The notes under the pieces are model-generated. The model did no database searches and was not told where the DNA came from. It saw only the letters and a list, made by a program, of their open reading frames with translations. Below are positions 50,664-60,675 of a DNA stretch of 64,000 nucleotides, piece after piece. Each line of letters begins with the position of its first letter. Position 1 is the first letter of the stretch. Position numbers and translations under genes: made by a program. This stretch comes from Candidatus Latescibacterota bacterium. GTDB lineage: Bacteria > Latescibacterota > UBA2968 > UBA8231. The stretch is from the NCBI GenBank assembly GCA_965206595.1, contig OZ242214.1:1664001-1728000 (forward strand), in the 5' to 3' direction.

Positions 50664-53600
50664 TTACGGCCCCAGTTGCCAAGTGACCGCCAGCTTCACC
50701 CGCCGGCCCTTGGGGTCGTGGGTGAAGCCGTCGTACGCCTGCTCGATGTTGACCAGGGGCGGCCGGGTGTCGAGCAGGTTCATCCCCGAGAGCACCATGT
50801 TGGCGCCCCTGGGCAGGCTAAACAGAAAGCTCACATCCAAGGTGACGAAGGGGTCGATAGTACCGAACAGATCTTTGATGGCAGCATTGTCGGATGCCAT
50901 AGATCCCCGATCCTCGTACGAAGAGATGTAGTTCAGGTAGCTCACGAGGCTGTAGGTCTTCCAGTGATAGCCTGCCGATGCCCGCCCCTTGAACTTGGGA
51001 AGGGAGGTCGCAATGGGATTGCCGAAGTTCAGGTAGCCGGCCGCGTCAGCGGCCTCCTGCAGTTCCAGGTCGCCCAGCATCAAGGCCTTTGTCTCGTACG
51101 CCAGGATATAGCTGCCGTCCAGACTGGCGGCGACCTGCCCCGAACCCGCGGGCGCCCGCGTGCCCAGGTGCATGTCGATTCCCGAAGTCTTTACCCCCGG
51201 CCAATTGACGATATCGACTCGCACCCGCTCGAGTTTCGAGGCGTCGCAGGTGCCGGTGCCGACCCCGTCCGGGCAGACGATGAACTGCTTCAGGGCTTCC
51301 TTGTTCGCATCATACAGGGCCGTGATGGCCCCGTGCGGCATGGCACCGATGACATCCTTGAAATCGTAGCTCCAGTAATCGAAGGTCGCTTCCACGCCCG
51401 CCGAGGTGATCAGGGCGAGGCCGGCATTGTAGGTAAATGCCTGTTCGGGTTTGAGGTCCTTGCTCCCGATTCGGTCCACCGTTTGATAGGCGCCCGTCTC
51501 ATTGATCCACTCGAGCGTCGAGAGCGGGCTTTCGTTCACATCGTCCAGCGACGGCGTGCGAAACGTCGTCTGCACCGAGCCGCGCAGGAACAGGGACTGG
51601 GTGGAGGATTCGGCCAGCTGCAAACGCCCCCCGAACTTGGGATTGAAACTGCTCGCCACATCGTGGAACTCGTAGTTGGCGGCGAGCTGGGTGTCGAAGC
51701 GAGACCCCAGGCTCAGAGGAATCTCGGCGAAGATGCGGTGCACCGTCTGCGATTCATCATACGGCCGATTCACATTGGTGAACGCATAGGGACCGAACCT
51801 GTCCTCGGCTGAGCAGTTCATATCGCCCACGACCGGGCAGGGGTTAATGGTCACGTCCCCCTCGTCGTTGGGATCGCCGCTGGCATTGAGCAGACGGAAC
51901 TGGTAGCCGCCCGCGTAGCTGGCCACGTCCTCGATCCAGGTTCCGGTCAGCGTCGCGTCGGCCACCAGCATATCCGCGGTGCTCTGCAGATCGACTTCCT
52001 GGTTGAGCCATTTCCGCAACTCGGGGCTGTTGGCAAGGGCGGCGCGGTAATCGGGGTTCCCCTGGGTCGAGAACTCCGAACCATGTTGATCCGCAAACTC
52101 GATGGCATTGCCGAAGGGGTTGTAGTATTGGCAGTCCCCCTGACCCGCCACCTGGCCGTTGAGCGGGCCGAGCCGCATCCCGGCAAGGGACGTGAGATCC
52201 GCATCTACGCCAACGCCGCAGTCGGGTCCCCCGAACCCGCGGAAGCCGAGGAAGAGCCGCTCGATGTACACCCCCGGCAGGTTGTAGTTGCCCTCGGTGC
52301 GGGAATAGGACAGACCCAGGTCGTAATGGGTCTCTCGACCGCCGAACGACGCAAAGTCCCCATTCGCGGAAGCCGCCACCCGCCACGTGCTGGAGTCGCG
52401 GCCATATATACGCCCGGGACCCGAGTTGCCGAAGGGGCGGCCGTTGAAATACCAGTTCTCGCCGTCTTGGCAGTCGGCGTAGTAGAGGTCCCCGTCCTCG
52501 CCGCCGTAGTCCTCGCAGAAGGCCTGCCGGCCCGGGTGATCGGGCGCCACCTCCATGATACTCGTGTCCGTCAGGGGGAAGGGAGGGTACGAAGGGGTGG
52601 TGTACCAATTGGGGATCTCGGCCGCTGCCCACAGGCCCTCGAAGTGATACTCCGTGCCATTGTCGAGCGCACCGTTGATTTCGGTAAAGGCACGGACATG
52701 GCTCATGTCCTCGATCAGATTCTCGTACTGCTGGTAGCGGAAGCGGCAGGTCCAGGATTCGCGAAAGCCGCCGAACTGCTCACAACGAGGGGCGTGGATG
52801 GCGGCCGTCCATGGGGCAGGAGCGCCAACGGCGAAGGTGCCCGGGTTCCCCAGGCTCGACCATCCGAGGCGCTGCCCGCCGCCGTGCCACGGCTGCAGCA
52901 GGTAATCCCTTTCGGTGGACGGCAACTCCCGACGTTTCCGCCATTCCCCGGCGACAACCGCGTGGGCACCGCCGAGTTTGCCGCCCCATATGGCGCCGGC
53001 GTCGGTATCCCCCGCATCGGCGAAATACTCGTGGTTGGCCGAGACTTCAAACCCCGTGAAGTCGGAACGGGTCAGGAAGTTGGCGACCCCGGCCACCGCA
53101 TCCGACCCATAGATGGCCGCAGCCCCCTCCTTGAGCACCTCGACCCGGTCCAGGGCGATGGAAGGGATGGCATTCACATCGACGAAGCGTCCACCGATAA
53201 GGCGAGCCGGCACATAGGTCTGGCGGCGGCCGTTGAACAGCACCAGGGTCCGCGAGGCCCCCAGACCGCGCAGATTGACGTTGGCGATGCTCTCGGAAAG
53301 GGTGGCGGCCTGGCCGGAGTTGTACCAACTGCTGCGCTCGCCAATCACGCCGTGGCTGGCACTCAGGTTCTTGAAGAAGTCCACGGGCTGGGGTGAGCCC
53401 TGTTCCTTCAGCTTTTCCCGGCTCGCCGTCGTCACCGCGTAGGGCAGGTTGATGGGGGACTCCTTGAAGGCGGTGCCGGTCACCGCGGTCTCTTCGAAGA
53501 GGATGGCCGCTGGTTCCAGGCGCAGCTCGACGTCGGCGACCGTGCCGGCCTCCACCGCGACAGTCGCCGTTGCCCGGGAGTAGCCGATCGATTCGACCGT

Positions 53601-53831
53601 CACTTCATGTTCTCCTACCGGGACGTCCAGAAGGGTGAAGCGTCCCTGCTCGTCCGACGATCCTCCGAGGTTGAGGGCCGGGATGGAGACCAGGGCGCTT
53701 TCAAGGGCCTGTCCGCTGGGGTCGTCGACGACGGTGACGGCGATCGCACCGGTCGTTTGCGCCTGTGCCGGCGCGGCTCCGAGGAAGGCCAAGGCGACCA
53801 GCATCGAAATGCAACTGTTCAAAGTGTTCAT
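50664..53831 (-). CDS. TonB-dependent receptor
   Basis: RBS GAGGAG, signal peptide, VTGT, NLRGLGASRTLVLFNGRR, DRVEVLKEGAAAIYGSDAVAGV, C-terminal GRRVKLAVTWQL. Confidence 0.93.
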   Translation of the reverse strand: MNTLNSCISMLVALAFLGAAPAQAQTTGAIAVTVVDDPSGQALESALVSIPALNLGGSSDEQGRFTLLDVPVGEHEVTVESIGYSRATATVAVEAGTVADVELRLEPAAILFEETAVTGTAFKESPINLPYAVTTASREKLKEQGSPQPVDFFKNLSASHGVIGERSSWYNSGQAATLSESIANVNLRGLGASRTLVLFNGRRQTYVPARLIGGRFVDVNAIPSIALDRVEVLKEGAAAIYGSDAVAGVANFLTRSDFTGFEVSANHEYFADAGDTDAGAIWGGKLGGAHAVVAGEWRKRRELPSTERDYLLQPWHGGGQRLGWSSLGNPGTFAVGAPAPWTAAIHAPRCEQFGGFRESWTCRFRYQQYENLIEDMSHVRAFTEINGALDNGTEYHFEGLWAAAEIPNWYTTPSYPPFPLTDTSIMEVAPDHPGRQAFCEDYGGEDGDLYYADCQDGENWYFNGRPFGNSGPGRIYGRDSSTWRVAASANGDFASFGGRETHYDLGLSYSRTEGNYNLPGVYIERLFLGFRGFGGPDCGVGVDADLTSLAGMRLGPLNGQVAGQGDCQYYNPFGNAIEFADQHGSEFSTQGNPDYRAALANSPELRKWLNQEVDLQSTADMLVADATLTGTWIEDVASYAGGYQFRLLNASGDPNDEGDVTINPCPVVGDMNCSAEDRFGPYAFTNVNRPYDESQTVHRIFAEIPLSLGSRFDTQLAANYEFHDVASSFNPKFGGRLQLAESSTQSLFLRGSVQTTFRTPSLDDVNESPLSTLEWINETGAYQTVDRIGSKDLKPEQAFTYNAGLALITSAGVEATFDYWSYDFKDVIGAMPHGAITALYDANKEALKQFIVCPDGVGTGTCDASKLERVRVDIVNWPGVKTSGIDMHLGTRAPAGSGQVAASLDGSYILAYETKALMLGDLELQEAADAAGYLNFGNPIATSLPKFKGRASAGYHWKTYSLVSYLNYISSYEDRGSMASDNAAIKDLFGTIDPFVTLDVSFLFSLPRGANMVLSGMNLLDTRPPLVNIEQAYDGFTHDPKGRRVKLAVTWQLGP

Positions 53832-54397
53832 CGGGCTGCTCCTCAATCGATTACAGGTTCCGCCAGTCAGGACCGTTGTCTGACTTCCAACGCAGTCAGA
53901 ATGGGGGATGTACTGCCGGGGCTTCGGCGGCAACCAGGCCGCGGGGTCGATGCAGATGTAGATGCATCGGAAGGGTGTCCTCTGCAGGCCATTCGATCTA
54001 GGAGAGGGGGGCTTGCCGGAAGCCTGTGGGTCGTAGCGCCCAAGGTCCGGATGACCCCTCTACCAGGCCTCTGGTATCGGATGGTTTCCAGGGAGGACCA
54101 CCAGGAAGGTGATGGGGCTTGGAGGGCCATCGTCAGCGTTCTTCCCGGAGATGGGGCCAGACGGGCGCGTGAGGTGTACCCCCTCGAGTGACAACGGGTC
54201 GGAGAATGCAACACTGGTTCTGGTTTTCCCTGTTCGAAGCATGGGGAGACCTTACATCTCCATGCAGCTTGGGAGTTCAGAGTACGGCAATGGAGCTGGC
54301 TCGATCCGAAACCTGACCGCGTGACCCGTGGGATCCCGAGTGGTACGAGGTTTGTGCCGTTCCGAGTGCCAAGACGATTCGCCTGGGCGTAGAACAG

Positions 54398-55318
54398 CTA
54401 CCTCTTTTTCTTCCGCGTTCCCGAGCGCCCCGGGAAAGTGAGTTCCGCTACGCCTGACTTGTCCAGCTCCCCCTTTCCGATCTTGATCATGCGGTCGAAC
54501 TGGCGTTTTGTCGTCCGCGCCAACGGCAGGTCGAGCCCGGCCTGGCGCGCCACGGACAGGGCGATTCCGGAGTCCTTGGCGGCGTGGGCGGCGGAGAAGT
54601 AGCACTCGTGATCGCGTGCCACCATGTCCTCTCCATCGGTCTCGAGAACCCTCGAGTTTGCCCCGGTCTGGGAGAAGACTTCCATGAGCATCTCCAAGTC
54701 GAGACCGAGCGCCTTTCCGAGTCCGAGGCCTTCGGCCAGGCCCGCAGTGTTGATGTTCATCACCATGTTTACGAGGGCCTTGACTTCGGCTGCATTGCCC
54801 GTGGGGCCGATGTAGCGCAGGGCTTTGCTCATGGATTTCAGCACCGGCAGAACCCTGTCGTACACCTCGCGCTCGCCGCCGCACATCAGGTAAAGGGTCC
54901 CTTCGCGGGCTTGTGTGATGCTGCTCGCCATGCATCCTTCGAGGGTGGAGGCACCGGCTTCGGCAGCCCGTTTTTCGACCTCGCGATGGGCGTCGGGTGT
55001 AATGGTGGCGCAATTGATGAACGTCCTGCCCTCCGCCCCTGCGAGCAGGCTGTCCCCGCTCAGTGAGAAGATCGAGCGCATTGCCTTGTCGTCGGTAACC
55101 ACGGTGATGATCGTGTTAGCGGCCGCGGTGACTTCGGCCAGCTTTTTAACCGCCTTCGCTTCCAGCTCCTTGGCGAGCCGGGTTGCCAGGGAAGGCCTGA
55201 CGTCGTAGAGGACAGTGACAGGAAAACCGGAGTCCTTGAGATGCCTGGCGATGTTGGCGCCCATGCGGCCGACTCCGACAACGCCGATCTGGAACTTCTT
55301 TTTGTTCACTCTAGGCAT
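54398..55318 (-). CDS. 3-hydroxyisobutyrate dehydrogenase-family NAD(P)-dependent oxidoreductase
   Basis: GVGRMG, AREGTLYLMCGG, G...VKALVN, FSAAHAAKD. Confidence 0.88.
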   Translation of the reverse strand: MPRVNKKKFQIGVVGVGRMGANIARHLKDSGFPVTVLYDVRPSLATRLAKELEAKAVKKLAEVTAAANTIITVVTDDKAMRSIFSLSGDSLLAGAEGRTFINCATITPDAHREVEKRAAEAGASTLEGCMASSITQAREGTLYLMCGGEREVYDRVLPVLKSMSKALRYIGPTGNAAEVKALVNMVMNINTAGLAEGLGLGKALGLDLEMLMEVFSQTGANSRVLETDGEDMVARDHECYFSAAHAAKDSGIALSVARQAGLDLPLARTTKRQFDRMIKIGKGELDKSGVAELTFPGRSGTRKKKR

Positions 55319-55349
55319 GTGCCGATCTCCTTGTGCTTGTTTGAAAGCC

Positions 55350-55385
55350 CGACCTTCGTTGGCATTGCGACCTTCGTTGGCATTG
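55350..55385. repeat. Exact 18-bp tandem duplication CGACCTTCGTTGGCATTG x2
   Basis: Directly visible at 55350-55367 and 55368-55385 in the divergent intergenic region. Confidence 0.95.
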
Positions 55386-55677
55386 CCAAGTATGCCGTAA
55401 AGCGGCGTGAAGATAGGGTGAACTCCAGAGGGCGACAAGCAGTTGCCGGTGCAGACTTCAGGGCAGGCTCCGGCCTGTTCAGAATCTGTACTGCCACTCA
55501 AGGTCCCGGCACCCGAGGCCTTCTTGTGCCCGGAATTATTGCGGGCGAAAAGGGGGGAGAATGCCCGATGTCGCGGCCCAAGCCTCAGGGCACGAAAATG
55601 TCAGATGCCTTGCCGCATGACGCGTTTGCCATTTGCTTGCTCTGTCTTTCCGAGGAAGCCAACGGGGTGAACGGGAG

Positions 55678-56469
55678 ATGAAAATCGGCGTAACGCAGAT
55701 TGTTCTGGGTCGGATGAGTCTGGACGATACACTCGAGCTTTGTCAGGAGGCCGGGTACGACGCGCTGGAGCTTGTCTTCAGTCCCGGCAAGGATCTCGAC
55801 GTGCATATGAGCGAGCCTGACCTCGCCAGGGTGGCGACGCGTTGTGATAGGGCAGGGGTCAAGATTGCGAGCGTGATCGCCAACCTCCCCGAGAGGGGCA
55901 ACCTGCTGAGCCGGGAGGCAGGGGAGAGAGAGCAGTGCTGTCGTTGCGTATCGCGTGCCCTGGAGATCGCCGCTACTCTCGGTGCCGGGGCGACGCTCCT
56001 CCACCCGGGACAGCTGCCCGTCGAGGGCACCTACCTCGATGCATGGAACGATCTCACGGAAGCGCTGGCGCGCCTCGCCAGCGAGGCGAAGGCACACGGG
56101 GTGGCAATCGGCTTGGAGAACGTGTGGAACAAGTTCCTCCTCAGTCCGGACGAGGCCGTCAGGCTGGTCGAGGCCGTGGGCAGCGAGTGGATCGGCATCT
56201 ATCTCGATACTGCAAACATGATGGCGTACGGATACCCGGAGCACTGGATCCGCGCCCTGGGATCGCGCATCGTGCGCGTGCACCTGAAGGACTTCGACCG
56301 CGCCGGGCACAGGTTCGTCAACCTCGGGGAGGGGGACACCGACTGGCCAACGGTCATGGCGGAACTCCGCGCCGTCGGATACACATCCTCGCTCATCCAC
56401 GAAGTCGGAGGAGACCGGTCCACCCTCGTCGACCTGGGAGAGCGCATGCGGCGCATCGCCTCCCTGTAA
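55678..56469 (+). CDS. Sugar phosphate isomerase/epimerase (xylose isomerase-like TIM barrel)
   Basis: GYDALEL, LENVWNKFLLSP, DTAN, VHLKD, GEGDTDW. Confidence 0.9.
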   Translation: MKIGVTQIVLGRMSLDDTLELCQEAGYDALELVFSPGKDLDVHMSEPDLARVATRCDRAGVKIASVIANLPERGNLLSREAGEREQCCRCVSRALEIAATLGAGATLLHPGQLPVEGTYLDAWNDLTEALARLASEAKAHGVAIGLENVWNKFLLSPDEAVRLVEAVGSEWIGIYLDTANMMAYGYPEHWIRALGSRIVRVHLKDFDRAGHRFVNLGEGDTDWPTVMAELRAVGYTSSLIHEVGGDRSTLVDLGERMRRIASL

Positions 56470-56489
56470 CGGAAAGGAAGAAGACCGAA

Positions 56490-57212
56490 TTGACCTACGT
56501 GAAGAACTGGAGAGACGTTCAGCCGAACATCTCCCACCTGAGCGCCGTTCATTGGGGCGGCCTGCGGCCAGGCGCGGGGGGAGATCCCGACGACGACCGT
56601 GATCGCCTGACCCGGCTGGGCGGTTTCGCCCGCCACGCCCTGCAAGGCCGCAAGACCTCGGACCATCACAAGCACGACCGCCTGGAGCAGGTGTACTACA
56701 TCCTGAGCGGGTCGGGCGAGGTCCTGTTCGACGGCAGGCGATTCCCCGTCGAGAGCGGCGATGCCGTCTATTTGCCCTCGGGTCTGTACCACCAGATGTT
56801 CAACGACATGAACGAAGACTGGCTCGAGCATCACGTGATCAGTATGCCTGTCGAGGAGGACGGCGGCGGCATCGCCATCCGCAACTGGCGCCGGGCGAGC
56901 CCGCAGGGGGATGGCGGTGGAGCCATCCGCTGGCACCAGCTCGGCCCCCTCGGGGAGGGGGATTCCGGCTGTCTTCGCGGCATGGCGTTCATCGACCGCG
57001 AAGCCGTGCAGCCGCAAAGCAGGTCGGCGACGCGCAGGTGCGGGGATCTCGAGCAGGTTTATTACGGGGTCGAAAACTCCGGGGTGATCACCGTCGACGG
57101 GGAAGAGGTAGCCTTCACCGAAGGGGACATGATCCACCTCCCTCCCGGCTGCGAGTACAGCATCGCCAACCCCAACCGGGACTGGGTCAGCTACCTCATC
57201 ATGGCGGCCTAG
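56490..57212 (+). CDS. Bicupin protein
   Basis: HKHDRLEQVYYILSG...GDAVYLP...H and a second degenerate cupin (LEQVYY...GDMIHLP); TTG start. Confidence 0.8.
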   Translation: MTYVKNWRDVQPNISHLSAVHWGGLRPGAGGDPDDDRDRLTRLGGFARHALQGRKTSDHHKHDRLEQVYYILSGSGEVLFDGRRFPVESGDAVYLPSGLYHQMFNDMNEDWLEHHVISMPVEEDGGGIAIRNWRRASPQGDGGGAIRWHQLGPLGEGDSGCLRGMAFIDREAVQPQSRSATRRCGDLEQVYYGVENSGVITVDGEEVAFTEGDMIHLPPGCEYSIANPNRDWVSYLIMAA

Positions 57213-57304
57213 GGGCCTGTCCGGGTGTTTCATTCGGGCAGGACTCGCATCGGCCAAGGTCGGGCACGGTCAGGGTCACGAAAACAGCGCTGGAGAACAG
57301 AAAA

Positions 57305-57544
57305 ATGGCTGCATTGCAGGAACTTCACGCGGTCCTGAACGATATGATGGCGTCGATCGCCGGTGGCGGGAAGCAAGGAGGGGATGATATTGCGGGGAAG
57401 CTGGCCAGAATCGACGACCTGTGCCGAGAGTTGGGGGCCGAGGCCCCTCCCATGCTCCGGCATTTCCTCGAGAAGCGCAGCTATGCAAAGGCGCTCGAGT
57501 TCCTCGATGGAGCCGACCAGCCGGAAACGCCGAACTGCCAGTAG
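57305..57544 (+). CDS. Small hypothetical helical protein
   Basis: RBS GGAG, LRHFLEKRSYAKALEFL motif, tight spacing to the ATL gene. Confidence 0.6.
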   Translation: MAALQELHAVLNDMMASIAGGGKQGGDDIAGKLARIDDLCRELGAEAPPMLRHFLEKRSYAKALEFLDGADQPETPNCQ

Positions 57545-57547
57545 GGG

Positions 57548-57871
57548 ATGCACCCGAGCCGCCGCGCCATCTACACCGTTGTCGCCGGTATCCCTCATGG
57601 ACGGGTCGCCACCTACGGCCAGGTAGCCGCTCTCGCCGGAGTGCGCGGAAACGCACGGCAGGTCGGGTACGCACTCGCCGCGATACCGGAGTCGCTCGAT
57701 CTGCCGTGGCACCGCGTGATCAACGCGAGGGGCGGGGTGTCGGCGAGAAAGCGGACCAGGCTGCACGACCTGCAGCGCCAGCTTCTTGAGTTGGAGGGGA
57801 TCGAATTCCTGGGCGGGATGGTCGACCTGGGGCGCTTCCGCTGGAACCCGGATCCCTGTCCCACCTGTTGA
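57548..57871 (+). CDS. Alkyltransferase-like protein (ATL/YbaZ, MGMT family)
   Basis: IPHGRVATYGQVA, ARQVG, PWHRV (Trp replaces the catalytic Cys), LLELEG. Confidence 0.92.
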   Translation: MHPSRRAIYTVVAGIPHGRVATYGQVAALAGVRGNARQVGYALAAIPESLDLPWHRVINARGGVSARKRTRLHDLQRQLLELEGIEFLGGMVDLGRFRWNPDPCPTC

Positions 57872-57949
57872 ATCACCCGGTCCGTCAGTAAGCATGCCCC
57901 CCATGATCGCCACATTTGTGCGGGAGTCCGTCGGGGCGGAGGGCCGTTG

Positions 57950-59296
57950 ATGGCAGGGTCACCCACCCTGAACCGGCGCATCCTCAGACTGGCGGTCCCC
58001 AACCTTTTGGCCGCGGTCTCGGTGCCGCTGATAGGCATCGCGGATACGGCGATGATAGGACATCTCGAACAGGTGGCTTTTCTGGGTGCGGTAGCCACGG
58101 CGAGCGTGATCCTCGATTTCATTTTCTGGGGCGCGGGTTTCCTGCGCATGGGGACGACCTCGATCGTCGCCCAGTACCACGGCGCCGGCGACCGGCGCGC
58201 CTGCGCCCAGAGTCTGTACCGCGGGCTGCTGCTGGCGCTGGCCATTGCCGCGGCCATCCTGCTGCTGCGGCAGCCGATCACCTTGATCGGTTTCGAGCTG
58301 GCCGGCGGCAGCGAAGAGGTCCGTTTCTGGGGACAGCGGTACATCGACGTGCGCATCTGGAGCGTTCCGATGAATCTCTCGGTTCTCGTTCTCACCGGGT
58401 TCTTCCTCGGCACCGCCAACGTCCTCGTTCCTATGTACATCACCTTCGCCACCAACCTGGTGAACGTGGCCGCAGATTACGCCCTGATATTCGGCCACTG
58501 GGGGGCGCCGGCGATGGGGGTCGTCGGCGCCGCCTGGGCGGCCCTGCTGTCGAGCGCGGTCGGGCTGGCCATCGGCCTTCTGGCACTGGCGGCGAGATAC
58601 CGGGATTACCTGCGGCAGGGGGTCGGGCAGCTGTTCGAACGCGGTGCCATGCGGCACCTGATATCGACAAACAGCTACCTCCTTGCCCGCACACTCTGCC
58701 TCCTGTTTTGCCAGTTCTTCCTGCTCGCTGTCGTGTCGCGCCTAGGGGAGGTTTCACTGGCGGCCCACGCCATCCTCTGGCAGATCTGGGGCCTCGTCAG
58801 CTACGCCGTGGACGGCTTTGCCCACGCCGCCGAGACCCTGGTCGGCAACAGCCTCGGAGCGGGTGATTTCACGGGGGCCCGCCGGGTCTGCAGGCGCATC
58901 ATGGTGTGGGGAATCGGAATAGGGTCCTGTTTTGCGGTGGCGTTCGGTATCGGCATGAATGCGCTGGCGTCTGTTTTTACCGAACACGGAGAGGTCGTCG
59001 CGGCGATCGTCCCGCTCACCCCGATGCTCGCCCTGGCGCAGCCGATGAATGCCGCGGTTTTCGTGTTCGACGGCATTTTCATCGGGGCCAACGACGTCGC
59101 CTACCTGTCGCGAGCCATGCTCATTGCGGCGCTTCTTTTCTTTCTCCCCGCGGTGACGCTGCTGGTTTTCCAGCTCGAAGGGGGGCTGCAGGGAGCCTGG
59201 CTGGCGTACATTGTGCTGATGCTCGGGAGGTTGGTGACGTTGTGGAAACGCTACCGTGACGAAGCCTGGCTGCGGACCTTCGTCAGCTCCCGGTGA
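57950..59296 (+). CDS. MATE family efflux transporter (DinF-like)
   Basis: LAVPN...PLIGIADTAMIGHL, FLRMGTT, DGFAHAAE, VFDGIFIG. Confidence 0.9.
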   Translation: MAGSPTLNRRILRLAVPNLLAAVSVPLIGIADTAMIGHLEQVAFLGAVATASVILDFIFWGAGFLRMGTTSIVAQYHGAGDRRACAQSLYRGLLLALAIAAAILLLRQPITLIGFELAGGSEEVRFWGQRYIDVRIWSVPMNLSVLVLTGFFLGTANVLVPMYITFATNLVNVAADYALIFGHWGAPAMGVVGAAWAALLSSAVGLAIGLLALAARYRDYLRQGVGQLFERGAMRHLISTNSYLLARTLCLLFCQFFLLAVVSRLGEVSLAAHAILWQIWGLVSYAVDGFAHAAETLVGNSLGAGDFTGARRVCRRIMVWGIGIGSCFAVAFGIGMNALASVFTEHGEVVAAIVPLTPMLALAQPMNAAVFVFDGIFIGANDVAYLSRAMLIAALLFFLPAVTLLVFQLEGGLQGAWLAYIVLMLGRLVTLWKRYRDEAWLRTFVSSR

Positions 59297-59335
59297 CCCG
59301 CTTTCTCCCAATCCACGGACAAGGACAAGGACAAC

Positions 59336-59707
59336 ATGGCTTTCATTAAAGAAGAGGAGCTTCCCAAGCTGGAGCTTTTCCCCAAGGCATTCAGCGGCAT
59401 AGTTGCCGGAGAAGGAATCATGCTGTCGTTTCTCGATCTCCACCCGGGCTGCGAAATACCGGAACACAGTCACCCCCACGAACAGGCCGGACTGGTCCTC
59501 CAAGGCAGTTTCCGCTTCCGCATCGGCTCGGAGGAGCGGCTGACCGGCCCGGGTGACGCCTTCATCGTCCCTCCCGATGTCGTTCATTCCGGAGAGGTGG
59601 TGCAGGGGCCGGTGAGGATCGTCGACATTTTCTCCCCGCCTCGCGAGGATTACCTCGAGAAGTACAACCGCTTCAAGGAGACCTCCGCTTCGACCCGGTG
59701 GGAGTGA
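59336..59707 (+). CDS. Cupin domain protein
   Basis: PEHSHPHEQAG, PPDVVH, DIFSPPREDY. Confidence 0.9.
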   Translation: MAFIKEEELPKLELFPKAFSGIVAGEGIMLSFLDLHPGCEIPEHSHPHEQAGLVLQGSFRFRIGSEERLTGPGDAFIVPPDVVHSGEVVQGPVRIVDIFSPPREDYLEKYNRFKETSASTRWE

Positions 59708-59718
59708 AAGAGGACCTC

Positions 59719-60675
59719 ATGCCAAGAACCGAAATCACTACCGCGGATTGCGCCACTGTTCTGGTCGTCGCCATTACTCCCCGGCAGGGGAATGGCAGCA
59801 TCGATGTCGAAGGTGCCCGGCGCAACGCCGAGTTCCTTATCACGAGCGGTGCCGGCTTTCTGATGCCGATGTGCGGAACCGGACTGGTGTACGACGCCAG
59901 CCTGGAGGAGTACGAAACCGTAGTCGGCGCCGTTGTCGATCAGGCAGCTGACCGGGCTGTTGTAGTGCCAGGAATCGGTCCCGGGTACGGGCGCTCGCTC
60001 GAAATGGCCGCCATCGCCCGTTCCGCGGGTGCCGCCGGCGTCATGATCATGCCGATCGTCGGTCCCGCTTCGGACAACGGTGCGAAAGCGGGTCTGGAGG
60101 AGATTGCCCGAGGCATCCGCTTGCCCGTCCTCCTGTACCAGAGACGGCTCGACATCATGCCCGTGAACCACGTCGTCGAGCTCTGCCGGTTCGACGAGGT
60201 TGTGGGGCTGAAGTACGCTGTCGACGATTTGCCCGCCTTTTCCAGGATTGCCGCGAGGGTGGCCCCGCACGCGGCGATGGTCTGCGGCATGGCGGAAGAT
60301 CCCTGCATCGACTACCTGGAAGCGGGGGCGGTCGGGTTCAGCTCCGGCATGGCAAACTTCGTCCCGAGAATGAGCCTGGAGCTGTTGCGCTCGTTTCGTG
60401 CCGGGGAGACCGCGGCCGCGGCGAGCCTTCGCGCTGAAATGGTTCCCTTCGAAGACATGCGCGGCGAGGACTCCGCCCGTTACAGCTCCGCCGCTCTGCA
60501 CGCTGCCATGGAATACGCTGGCCTGGCAGGGGGGCCGGTGGTTCCGTTTACCGAGCCGGTCGCCGCGGCGGATCTGCCCCGTCTGCACGAAATGATGGAC
60601 CGGCTGCTGCGCCGGGAAGGCGAACTCCGGGAAGGGGCCTCTGCGGCGCTGGTAGGGGGGGAGGGATCTGCATGA
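59719..60675 (+). CDS. Dihydrodipicolinate synthase-family lyase (5-dehydro-4-deoxyglucarate dehydratase-like)
   Basis: ITP, CGTG, LYQR, Schiff-base GLKYA, GFSSGMANFVP. Confidence 0.8.
   Translation: MPRTEITTADCATVLVVAITPRQGNGSIDVEGARRNAEFLITSGAGFLMPMCGTGLVYDASLEEYETVVGAVVDQAADRAVVVPGIGPGYGRSLEMAAIARSAGAAGVMIMPIVGPASDNGAKAGLEEIARGIRLPVLLYQRRLDIMPVNHVVELCRFDEVVGLKYAVDDLPAFSRIAARVAPHAAMVCGMAEDPCIDYLEAGAVGFSSGMANFVPRMSLELLRSFRAGETAAAASLRAEMVPFEDMRGEDSARYSSAALHAAMEYAGLAGGPVVPFTEPVAAADLPRLHEMMDRLLRREGELREGASAALVGGEGSA

Noticed and set aside
53832-54397. Cobalamin or TPP riboswitch upstream of the TonB receptor
   Set aside because: I could not find the conserved B12-box or TPP core motifs on the coding strand
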